Under the pieces are notes generated by a model. That model worked only from the letters and a program-made list of their open reading frames with translations. It did not search any database and was not told the origin of the DNA. A program made the translations under genes and the position numbers. A stretch of DNA of 64,000 bases from contig JALFDW010000041.1 in NCBI GenBank assembly GCA_022778545.1, positions 1,483 to 65,482 of the forward strand, given 5' to 3'. Below, in pieces: positions 53,862 to 61,692 of the stretch (position 1 is its first letter; every line of letters begins with the position of its first letter). Source of the stretch: a bacterium. Lineage in GTDB: Bacteria > Bacillota > Clostridia > Christensenellales > CAG-138.

Positions 53862-54680
53862 ATGGCTACAAAAACTGGGAATAATGGGATTATTTTGTTC
53901 CCTGACTTTCAGGCGCTGAAAGATGAAGTCGAAAGAATGAAAACCGAGCTCTCCATGCTCCTGTCGGAAAGAGATGAGCTTCAGTTTGTCGTGGCTAAAA
54001 ACATAAATGCCCGGTATATGCTTGAACTGGGAAGCCTGGAATATAAAGCATATAAAGCACAGTGCGCGGCGCTGCGGCTGAAACGAAAAATCGAGCTGAT
54101 TCAAGCGCTGAAGAACAGGCAGGCGCCTGTTGTTATGGCAAATGTTGAGGAGACGCTCGATGCCGAGTTTGCAGCGTATCAGCAGAAGCTCGAAGAGCAA
54201 ATGGAAAAGATGAACGAGGCGATAGAAAGAAGCCAGTGCAGGGAACTGTCTTCCGAGGAAAACAGGGAATTTAAGAAGCTTTACCGGGAGGTGGTAAAGC
54301 TTCTCCACCCGGATTTGAACCCCGATGCATCAGAAGCACAGATCAAACTTTTTGAAAATGCTGTGCAGGCATACAGGAGCGGCGACCTTGGCACCTTGAG
54401 AATGATCCATGAAATGATTGCAGGGCAGCAGTCGATGGATGATGCCGGTCAGGACACATGGAGCATTCTTCGTGAACAACGCGAGGAATTGGCCGGGATG
54501 ATCGCGGCTGTTCGGGAAAGCATTGCAAGAATTAAGGCGGAATATCCGTTTACCGTTTTAGAAATATTGAATGATTCAGAGAAGTTGTCAGAGAGAAGAA
54601 AAGAACTGGAATATATAATGGATTACTATAATGAACTGATCCAATTCTATGCAGCAAAACTGCAGGAAACCTTGAGGTAG
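53862..54680 (+). CDS. J-domain (DnaJ-like, HPD motif) coiled-coil protein
   Basis: ATG is 6 nt after GGAGG. FKKLYREVVKLLHPDLNPDASEAQIKLFENAVQAYRSGD matches J-domain helix II-HPD-helix III, with HPD at 54306-54314. Heptad-rich sequence flanks it. Confidence 0.7.
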   Translation: MATKTGNNGIILFPDFQALKDEVERMKTELSMLLSERDELQFVVAKNINARYMLELGSLEYKAYKAQCAALRLKRKIELIQALKNRQAPVVMANVEETLDAEFAAYQQKLEEQMEKMNEAIERSQCRELSSEENREFKKLYREVVKLLHPDLNPDASEAQIKLFENAVQAYRSGDLGTLRMIHEMIAGQQSMDDAGQDTWSILREQREELAGMIAAVRESIARIKAEYPFTVLEILNDSEKLSERRKELEYIMDYYNELIQFYAAKLQETLR

Positions 54681-54684
54681 GGCT

Positions 54685-55088
54685 ATGAGCGATATCATTA
54701 AAAATCTGATGGGAAAGGCGGCATAATCGGCTTTTTTCACAGCCGGAACGGTAGCCTTACGATTCCTCAGCCTTTTGAAAGAGATATTTTTCTGTTCGAT
54801 ACGCATGTTGCAGGCACGACGCATATTGCAGGGATTGAGGAATTGGAGCCTCAGTTGAAAATTGATGAAAGGCTGAACTTTTTCAGGGAACCGGACAACC
54901 CTTACGATGAGCAGGCGATCGTGATTAAAACGGAAAACGGCGTGAAAATCGGTTATGTTCCGCAATCGGACAATGTCATCTTTGCCCGCTTGATGGATGC
55001 AGGGAAACTGGTGTTTGGCCGCATATCTCACAAAGATAAAATTGGCAATTGGATCAAGATCGACATTAAAATCTTTCTGCACGAATAA
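54685..55088 (+). pseudogene. HIRAN-domain gene interrupted by a frame change (frameshifted pseudogene, sequencing indel, or -1 recoding)
   Basis: ATG at 54685 (RBS GAGG) opens a 13-codon frame that ends at TAA 54724. The HIRAN domain (FLFDTHVAGTTHIAGIEEL...REPDNPYDEQAIVIKTENGVKIGYVP) is open in the -1 frame from 54702 to 55088. The heptamer G_GGA_AAG lies at 54711-54717. Confidence 0.6.
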
Positions 55089-55124
55089 GGAGGCAGCGAA
55101 GGCCTTTGCAGAAAAGCGACGCCT

Positions 55125-55394
55125 TTTGATGACGCTGCTTGGAATAAGGCTCGGTATGAAGCGCTGAAAACAGGGCTTCGCGCCAAGTTCACGCAAGAAC
55201 GAGCAGCTGAAACGGGCGCTCCTTGTAACCAGCGGCAGCATTCTCGCAGAAGCCAGCCCATATGATGATGGTATTTTCGGCATTGCACTTACCGCGGAGG
55301 CTGCAGCATCTGCGAAGCCGGATAGTGGCCCGGCCGGAACCTGCTGGGAAAAGCGCTGATGGAGATCCGGGCCGAACTAAGTGCTGCGATATGA
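55125..55394 (+). pseudogene. NADAR-family (DUF1768/YbiA-like) gene remnant: 5'-truncated, with two frameshifts
   Basis: Three collinear pieces match the C-terminal half of NADAR. FDDAAWNKARYEALKTGLRAKFTQ is in frame 0. NEQLKRALLVTSGSILAEASPYDDGIFGIAL is in frame +1. WPGRNLLGKALMEIRAELSAAI* is back in frame 0. Confidence 0.6.
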
Positions 55395-55533
55395 CCAACT
55401 CCTCCTGCTGGATGCAATGGAAAGAATCCTCCGCAATGGGGAAACTTGCGGCCATAAAACGCTTAAAACCCTGATTGGACGCTGAAAAAATCTGAGCGAC
55501 CTTTCAGGGAAAGGCCGTTCAGACGTACCATGT

Positions 55534-56400
55534 TTATCTGCAGAGCCGCTTATCAGCCCGATAGATGAGCCTGGATACCTGCGCGCTGATCTGGTTTTCA
55601 TCGCCGGTGTCAAGCTTGAGCGATTCATCGGTGATCGCTTTGAACGACAACGGCTTGCGGATTTCATCGGCCTGGATGCCGAACTTGTCTGCAACAGACA
55701 TCAGGGCTTTGGCATATGCCGTGGATGCCCCATATTCGGCAAGCATCCTGGCGATGGCTGCAGGCTTCATTGCAAGATGTTTTGCGCAAAGCCTGGCAAG
55801 CACCTCTGCCGGCCTGTTGGCGAGCAGAGAGATTTCCCTGATGATCTCATCCTTCTTTACGAGGTAAAGCTCGTTTACTGTCTCCTTTGCGATGACTTCA
55901 TCTTCGGGCGTGTTCGGATCGGCGATGAAATCCTGAATCTCGGAGCTGTTTTCGCCGGATGCGTCTGCGCCCTTCACCTTATCCTGAAGGCTCACAACGG
56001 CGACACCGGCTGGAGGGAGCTTCCTCAACTGATCATATACACAGTTGTTAATGGTACGATATACATAAAACACCTGTTTCTCAAGAGGCTGCGCAAGGAT
56101 ATGGTCCATCTTGCTGAAAACATGGGCCAGAATGTCTCCGCGGATGTCGTTGAGATCGAATCCCCGGGAAACAAGAGTGCGGATTTTCTCGGCATTCCCT
56201 TCAACAATCTCGCTTTTGGAATTGCGGTGCGTCTTGCTCGCAAGGGCATAGTGGTTGATGAAATCCTGAACGGCGTACCACAAATCCGCACAAAGCGCTT
56301 CATTGCTGGGCGCATTGAGCTCTTCTTTGGAAGTGATGCTGTGCTGATTAATGATTGAAAGGACAGTCGCGAATCTGCTATAATATTTATTAATATTCAT
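55534..56400 (-). CDS. Divergent sigma-70-family-like protein (region 2 and region 4 similarity)
   Basis: 288 aa. DIRGDILAHVFSKMDHI...VFYVYRTINNCVYDQLRK resembles sigma region 2. The C-terminal ISAQVSRLIYRADKRL resembles the region 4.2 recognition helix. It is divergently transcribed from the cluster to its right. Confidence 0.45.
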   Translation of the reverse strand: MNINKYYSRFATVLSIINQHSITSKEELNAPSNEALCADLWYAVQDFINHYALASKTHRNSKSEIVEGNAEKIRTLVSRGFDLNDIRGDILAHVFSKMDHILAQPLEKQVFYVYRTINNCVYDQLRKLPPAGVAVVSLQDKVKGADASGENSSEIQDFIADPNTPEDEVIAKETVNELYLVKKDEIIREISLLANRPAEVLARLCAKHLAMKPAAIARMLAEYGASTAYAKALMSVADKFGIQADEIRKPLSFKAITDESLKLDTGDENQISAQVSRLIYRADKRLCR

Positions 56401-56496
56401 GGTTGAGCTCTCCTCTCAATTATGATCGAGGGAGTCTCAAACATGGTCGGATGCTTGTCCTGCCCTCTGTTTAAAATCTTAGAGGACAGAACTGAC

Positions 56497-56559
56497 TTGC
56501 CTTTTGCATCGGCAATTGACTTTACCTTACTTGCCTTGCTTTTACCTTGATTGTACCTT
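56497..56559 (+). repeat. Phased direct heptamer repeats T[TG][AG]CCTT upstream of the winged-helix gene (candidate operator)
   Basis: TTGCCTT at 56497, TTACCTT at 56522, TTGCCTT at 56531, TTACCTT at 56542, GTACCTT at 56553. The last four are spaced 9, 11 and 11 bp apart. Confidence 0.55.
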
Positions 56560-56596
56560 ACCGGGTCTCGCTCTGCAGGGGAAAGGATTTGTGTAA

Positions 56597-57292
56597 ATGA
56601 GTTGGATTTCAAAGCTGAAAGACAGGAAATATTACATAGACTTCGATTCCGGGTGTGTCTATGAAAATGATACTGTCGTCGCAGAGATCACATCACCTAC
56701 ACATATCAATATTCTTCTTTATTTTGCGGATCATCCCGAAATGTGGCTGAAGAAGGACGGCATCATCAGCAATTGCTGGCCCGATACAGCAGACGCAGAG
56801 TATGTTTCGGACGGAACTTTTTATAAACAAATACACGGCGTCACGCACATTCACATTAAAGTGGGCGAAAGTATTGAATCAAGGCGTGGCATGGGTTATA
56901 AATACCACGGATTACGAAAAGAAGAAATAACGGATGATCCAAAGAGGGAAACTGCCGAAAAACGCCTTTGTATTCCGCAAGGCGGAAAGAAAGCAAGCGA
57001 TGAGCCCTCCTTAGCCAGAAACGATGATAATGTCATTAAACTTGCTTCTCTGCTGGTTCATAGAAACGGCCGGGAGCATCCTAAAATAGATGAAGAATTG
57101 GAGCTTGAAATCCGCTATATCATAGAGCTTCTGGAACAAGGCCTGAGTGAGGATTTTGAAGAAATCTGTGAACAAGCCTGGGAGGATTTGAGCTTAATGC
57201 AAAAAGCTCTGCGGATTTTCAAGGCATATGAGAACCTGACGGACAGGTCTCGAAATATGTCACCGGATGACACGAACACCAGATTACAATAG
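56597..57292 (+). CDS. OmpR/PhoB-type winged-helix DNA-binding protein (no receiver domain), acidic C-terminal half
   Basis: The N-terminal 105 aa fit the trans_reg_C pattern: AEITSPTHINILLYFADHPEMWLKKDGIISNCWP...VSDGTFYKQIHGV...IESRRGMGYKYHG. Confidence 0.6.
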   Translation: MSWISKLKDRKYYIDFDSGCVYENDTVVAEITSPTHINILLYFADHPEMWLKKDGIISNCWPDTADAEYVSDGTFYKQIHGVTHIHIKVGESIESRRGMGYKYHGLRKEEITDDPKRETAEKRLCIPQGGKKASDEPSLARNDDNVIKLASLLVHRNGREHPKIDEELELEIRYIIELLEQGLSEDFEEICEQAWEDLSLMQKALRIFKAYENLTDRSRNMSPDDTNTRLQ

Positions 57293-57304
57293 GAGGCCAG
57301 GTAA

Positions 57305-59068
57305 ATGGCGGAAAACATGAATCTTGAGGGCAAGGAAAGGCTGTTTAAGGAGTTCTCTCATTTTTCTGTCGGCGAGAAGAACCCCTCCAAGATTTTCACG
57401 CACAGGCAAAGAGGAAAGTATGTTGGTGGAGTTCCCCTTGCATACGATGCGGAACGCGGCCTGATCGCCATAGATTCATCGGACACACATACTTTGGTGT
57501 GGGGGTCAACCGGCTCGCTCAAAACCAGATGCGTCATTGAGCCGGCAGTCAAAATCATCGGCAAATCCGGGGAGAGCATGATCATCAATGACCCAAAGGC
57601 CGAGATCCATAACCGCTGTGCGGCGGAGCTGAAAGACGAAGGATATAACATTATCGTTATTAACATTCGCGACCCGGAATTTGGCAACTCCTGGAATCCT
57701 TTGGCGATTCCGTACAGATTCTATCTTTCCGGGGATATTGACAGGGCTGCTGAATTCGCAAACGATGTGGCCCACAATCTCATGACGGAGGAACGCTCAA
57801 CAAAAGATCCATTTTGGGATTACAGCGCCTCCGACTGCCTGTTCGGCCTGATCCTTTTCCTGTTCAGATATGCGAAGGATCATAATTTGGATGAGTCTGT
57901 GGTGAATATGAGCAGCCTCATGAAATTGAGGCAGCAGTTATTCAAGACGAATACCGGTGCATTCAAGCCGCAGGGTTCTCTTCTTTGGAAATATGCGTCG
58001 GAAGATGAACTGGTTGAAGCGAGCCTGAGCGGATCCGTTTATGCCCCGAATGATACCCGGAATTCGATTTTATCCACCTTTGACCAGAAGATGCGGACCT
58101 TTACGATTCGCCCGTCTCTGCTGGATATGCTATCCAATAACGATATCGATATTGGAGAGATCGGGGAAGGAAAATGCGCTGTTTTTCTCATTATTCCTGA
58201 TGAAAAAAACACCTATAATAATCTGGTAAGCCTTTTTATCAAGCAGGCGTATGAGTACCTTATTTATAAGGCATCCTCGAACGATGATCTCAAGCTGAAG
58301 CACAGGGTGAATTTTGTGCTGGATGAGTTCGCATCCCTTCCCCCTATTTCCTCCATGTCAACCTTGATTTCAGCCGCACGATCCCGCGATATCAGGTTTA
58401 TCCTTGCCGTTCAAGGCAAACACCAGCTGATTAAGAGATATGGCGATGAAGCGGAAACGATCAAAAGCAACTGCGTTAACTGGATCTACCTTACCAGCCG
58501 GGAATACGACCTGCTGAAGGAGATTTCAGACCTTTGCGGCGAGCAGCGCAACCGCACACCGAACTTGTCGGTTTATGACCTGCAGCACTTCAGCAAAGAA
58601 AAATGCGAGGCGCTTGTGTTATGCGGCAGATTGAAACCCGCCAAGGTGAACCTTCTGGATATTGACAGGTTTGGCGACAAAGAGTACACGATCCTTGAAT
58701 TTGCCCGCCTCCCGAGAAAACCCAGGCAAACTACCAACTTTGCGTTGTCGGAAGAGATCAAACACCGGCTTGCCCCGGTCCTGAGCGACAGGCCGGTCGA
58801 CGCGGAAAGCAGGAACCCGTATATCCCCCCTGTTTCGCGAAAGCCTGTGCCGCATGATCCGCCAGCTGTTGTTTCAAAAGTCATTGAAACCTCTGTTGCT
58901 GGCGCAAAGAAGAAAAGCGTCAATGAAGTTTTGCAGCTCAACCTGGAGGCAATGGGCATCCGCTCTCAGGAGGATCTTGACGGCCTCATTCGTCAAACCA
59001 ACAAAAGAATAGCCGATCTTGAAACGGAAAAAGCGGCTTTGGACCCGGACGGCGGCGACAAGAAATAG
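57305..59068 (+). CDS. VirD4/TraG-family type IV coupling protein-like ATPase, no N-terminal membrane anchor, atypical Walker A
   Basis: Walker A-like GSTGSLKT (57503-57526). INDPKAE, NSWNPL and Walker B VNFVLDEFASL...RSRDIRFILAVQGKHQLIKRYG match T4CP signatures. No hydrophobic N-terminal segments. The C-terminal ~110 aa are low-complexity. Confidence 0.85.
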   Translation: MAENMNLEGKERLFKEFSHFSVGEKNPSKIFTHRQRGKYVGGVPLAYDAERGLIAIDSSDTHTLVWGSTGSLKTRCVIEPAVKIIGKSGESMIINDPKAEIHNRCAAELKDEGYNIIVINIRDPEFGNSWNPLAIPYRFYLSGDIDRAAEFANDVAHNLMTEERSTKDPFWDYSASDCLFGLILFLFRYAKDHNLDESVVNMSSLMKLRQQLFKTNTGAFKPQGSLLWKYASEDELVEASLSGSVYAPNDTRNSILSTFDQKMRTFTIRPSLLDMLSNNDIDIGEIGEGKCAVFLIIPDEKNTYNNLVSLFIKQAYEYLIYKASSNDDLKLKHRVNFVLDEFASLPPISSMSTLISAARSRDIRFILAVQGKHQLIKRYGDEAETIKSNCVNWIYLTSREYDLLKEISDLCGEQRNRTPNLSVYDLQHFSKEKCEALVLCGRLKPAKVNLLDIDRFGDKEYTILEFARLPRKPRQTTNFALSEEIKHRLAPVLSDRPVDAESRNPYIPPVSRKPVPHDPPAVVSKVIETSVAGAKKKSVNEVLQLNLEAMGIRSQEDLDGLIRQTNKRIADLETEKAALDPDGGDKK

Positions 59069-59082
59069 CAGGAGGTACGCAA

Positions 59083-60132
59083 ATGGCCAAGAAAGTTACC
59101 ATAACCGATTATGAATCCCCAAACACGGAGGAAACAAAAGAAGCCGGGAAAAAGAGCTCCGCAATGCTTTCCGTTAAGCAGGCGGCAAACATCTGTCAGG
59201 GGTACATCTTTGAGATCAAACGGGCCGAAAGGTACAACGAAGATAACCCTGTGGCCCGTGAATCGCTGTATGAAACAGTGGCGGAACTCACCGGCCAGCA
59301 AACGCAGGTGGGTAATTCCGATCAGTTTCACAACTTCGCAGCAACTTTGGGCGGAAACGGGTTCGACAACCTGGCATGTGATGTGCTTGACTGCGGCCTG
59401 GCCCGGTTCCCAATGAATGTGGATCTCCTTGCGGACTATCTGATTTACGGGATCGATTGCGAAAGGTTGGATCAATGCGCTGCACATTTTGCGACGCTTG
59501 AGTCCATTGAGCAGTCCGAATGGACATGGCGATGCTTCGCGTTCGGAATCGCCTATATGAACAGGCTTCGGGATTGCTTTGCCACCACGGCTGAAGAACG
59601 CAATCGCTATAAGAAAAAGGCTGCCGAGCTGGCAAGAGCATACAAGAGGCATCTTCCTTATGAGGAAGGGGGCTATAGAGAGACCGCAAAGCTTATGGCA
59701 AAGAAGCCGGATGCCATGCTGAAACTGCTCAACGATGCCCTGTCAAATGAACTGTTGGGCTCTTGCCCGACCTGTGCATTCGAAAAGGCGGAACTTCTGT
59801 TTAAACAGAAAAAGTATGAAGAAGCGCATGAAGCGATTGACCGCAGCCTTGAAGATTCCATCAACCAGACCCAAGGTGGTGTCAAGGAGAACTATCTCCT
59901 CTTTTTGAGGGGTCTGTGCGATTATGCGCTCCTGCTGCAAGGCGTCCGTGCCGGAACCCCCATCAAAGAAGAGAGCGTTCTGGGTATTTATGCTGACTTT
60001 AACAAAGCCCTGCGTGAGCTTGACGAAAACTACAGGGCAAAAATAAGGATAAGAACGCAGGATCTTGTTGAGGGCACAAAGGTTCAGGTGCCCGATGATT
60101 TGGAAAGGTTGTTGGAGCTGATAGAATTCTGA
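59083..60132 (+). CDS. Hypothetical alpha-helical repeat (TPR-like) protein
   Basis: 349 aa, predicted all-helical with TPR-like stretches (e.g. FEKAELLFKQKKYEEAHEAIDRSLE). The gene is tightly spaced after the T4CP-like gene. Confidence 0.45.
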   Translation: MAKKVTITDYESPNTEETKEAGKKSSAMLSVKQAANICQGYIFEIKRAERYNEDNPVARESLYETVAELTGQQTQVGNSDQFHNFAATLGGNGFDNLACDVLDCGLARFPMNVDLLADYLIYGIDCERLDQCAAHFATLESIEQSEWTWRCFAFGIAYMNRLRDCFATTAEERNRYKKKAAELARAYKRHLPYEEGGYRETAKLMAKKPDAMLKLLNDALSNELLGSCPTCAFEKAELLFKQKKYEEAHEAIDRSLEDSINQTQGGVKENYLLFLRGLCDYALLLQGVRAGTPIKEESVLGIYADFNKALRELDENYRAKIRIRTQDLVEGTKVQVPDDLERLLELIEF

Positions 60133-60215
60133 TAGAATAAAGATCTGCATACAAAGATACTGCGGATCTGTGAGAAGGGGAATCCGTTTTTTGCGGTTTT
60201 TACGTGGAGGCGTAT

Positions 60216-60674
60216 ATGGCTGATAGGAAGAACGATCAAAATTTCAATGAGGAGGAGCAGAATAAGAGGATCGGCGAAATCCCGAAAGCCGCCCCGTTTG
60301 CTTCGCTGAATAAAATACTGGAGGAGAGCCCCGAATTTAAGAACATTTTTGATTTGGCCGCGAACGTTTACGATGACGACTTATCTGCGGAAGAAATGGT
60401 CGAAGTCGAATGTGTTGAAATTGATGGCAATAACTATTTTGCTGCCAAAAGAATCGAAATTGCCGGGACCACCTACCTGTGCCTTGTAAATGAGAACGAT
60501 GTTATGGACTATATGATCCAAAAAGTTGTGATAGAAGACGGCGAAGAGTATATAACCGGATTGGATTCCGACAGGGAATTCGATCTTGTCCAGGCATATA
60601 TTCAGCGTGACTTTTTAATGGCGCTGAAAGAAAAGCTCCAGAAAGCTGACGAGGGCACACCCGGCGATCAGTAA
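60216..60674 (+). CDS. DUF1292-like small acidic protein
   Basis: ATG follows GTGGAGG. VEVECVEIDGNNYFAAKRIEIAGTTYLCLVNEND...IEDGEEYITGLDSDREFDLVQAYI resembles the DUF1292/UPF0473 pattern. Confidence 0.45.
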   Translation: MADRKNDQNFNEEEQNKRIGEIPKAAPFASLNKILEESPEFKNIFDLAANVYDDDLSAEEMVEVECVEIDGNNYFAAKRIEIAGTTYLCLVNENDVMDYMIQKVVIEDGEEYITGLDSDREFDLVQAYIQRDFLMALKEKLQKADEGTPGDQ

Positions 60675-60700
60675 CGGGCTTTGGCCTCGGGAACATCTTA

Positions 60701-60736
60701 GGACCTTAGATCAATGATCCGAGGTCCTCTTTTCTT
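60701..60736 (+). terminator. Rho-independent terminator
   Basis: GGACCTTAGATC pairs with GATCCGAGGTCC (one 2x2 internal mismatch), followed by TCTTTTCTT. Confidence 0.55.
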
Positions 60737-60875
60737 GTTGGATGAAGAGGCCAGCCGAAACGGCGCGGCTTTCCCAAAAATGCAAAAAAATATGGAAAGA
60801 AACGTGGAGATTTCCCGATTTGCCTCCGTATACAGAGACAGAACCGCAAAACAAAACACGAAAGGATATACGAAA

Positions 60876-61607
60876 ATGAGCAAATATGAATTCAAGGCAA
60901 CCAACCTGATCGCGGAGACCTTTGAAAAGCGCAGCGTCCGTTTTGATGTCAAAGATATGGGTGGGGACGAAGTGGTCTGTGCCGGTTTTTCGATCGACTG
61001 TGGCCCCAAAGTTATTATGCAGTTCATCTGCAGCGATAACGACAACGATGTGGCAGTACGGATCTTCGGCGTCATAACCAAAACGCCCAAAGAAAAACGC
61101 TCCCGTGTCATGGAAGCCTGCAACATTCTGAACCGCAAGGTCCGTTATGTGAAGTTCTATGTTGACGGTGACGGCGATATCAACGTTGAGTACGATTTTC
61201 CCGTGCATACGCCCGATGAAGGTGTCGGTGAGATTGCGTTTGAGATCTTCCTTCGCATGATGATGATCCTTGACTCTGAATACAGCATCTTTATGAAGGC
61301 TCTTTATACTGATGAAGAGCTCGCCAGGCTTCAGGATTATGGTATCCCCGAGAAGCTGGTGCAGAAGCTCCAGGAACTCCGGGAGAAGAGTGAGACTCGC
61401 AAGGCTGCTGCCGGCGAGGCAGGGGAGGAAGAGCCCGCCGTTGAGGATCATGATATCCATGAGGAACTGATGCAGAAGCTCCAGGAACTCCGGGAGAAGA
61501 TTGAGGCCCGCAAGGCTGCTGCCGGCGAGGCAGGGGAGGATGAGGATCCGGATGATTCCAATCTGGATACCGAGGAGGACGGCTCTCTTGAGGAGCTTCC
61601 CTTCTGA
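60876..61607 (+). CDS. YbjN-like (type III secretion chaperone-like fold) protein with a duplicated acidic C-terminal tail
   Basis: I prefer the ATG at 60876 because the longer ORF starts inside the upstream terminator. The core MSKYEFKATNLIAETFEKRSVRFDV...DNDVAVRIFGV...VKFYVDGDGDINVEYDF fits the YbjN pattern. The tail ends ...EEDGSLEELPF. Confidence 0.5.
   Translation: MSKYEFKATNLIAETFEKRSVRFDVKDMGGDEVVCAGFSIDCGPKVIMQFICSDNDNDVAVRIFGVITKTPKEKRSRVMEACNILNRKVRYVKFYVDGDGDINVEYDFPVHTPDEGVGEIAFEIFLRMMMILDSEYSIFMKALYTDEELARLQDYGIPEKLVQKLQELREKSETRKAAAGEAGEEEPAVEDHDIHEELMQKLQELREKIEARKAAAGEAGEDEDPDDSNLDTEEDGSLEELPF
61361..61540 (+). repeat. Two 69-bp direct repeats (66/69 identical), 111 bp apart, within the coding sequence
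   Basis: Both 61361-61429 and 61472-61540 read GCAGAAGCTCCAGGAACTCCGGGAGAAGA...CGCAAGGCTGCTGCCGGCGAGGCAGGGGAGGA. They encode QKLQELREK.E.RKAAAGEAGE twice. Confidence 0.85.
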
Positions 61608-61658
61608 ACGCGGGAATGTCATACCTGGGCCGATCATAAAACAGCCTCTGTATCGTCT

Positions 61659-61692
61659 GAAGAGGAGGGCTAAACAACCCTCTTCTTTTTTC
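61659..61692 (+). terminator. Rho-independent terminator
   Basis: GAAGAGG pairs with CCTCTTC, followed by TTTTTTC. Confidence 0.6.

Noticed and set aside
54843-55088. The TTG-initiated 81-aa ORF from the ORF track as the genuine HIRAN gene.
   Set aside because: The same frame is open 141 nt further upstream and there encodes the conserved first strands of the HIRAN domain (FLFDTHVAGTTHIAG). The TTG ORF would produce a truncated domain and has no RBS. I prefer the frameshift/pseudogene interpretation.
60141-60169. Hairpin AGATCTGCA/TGCGGATCT after the TPR-like gene as a terminator.
   Set aside because: The stem has a mismatch and an 11-nt loop, with no adjacent U-tract. Its loop and 3' arm also contain the degenerate copy of the recurring ATACA[GA]AGA motif, so it may be regulatory rather than a terminator. 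I left it uncalled.
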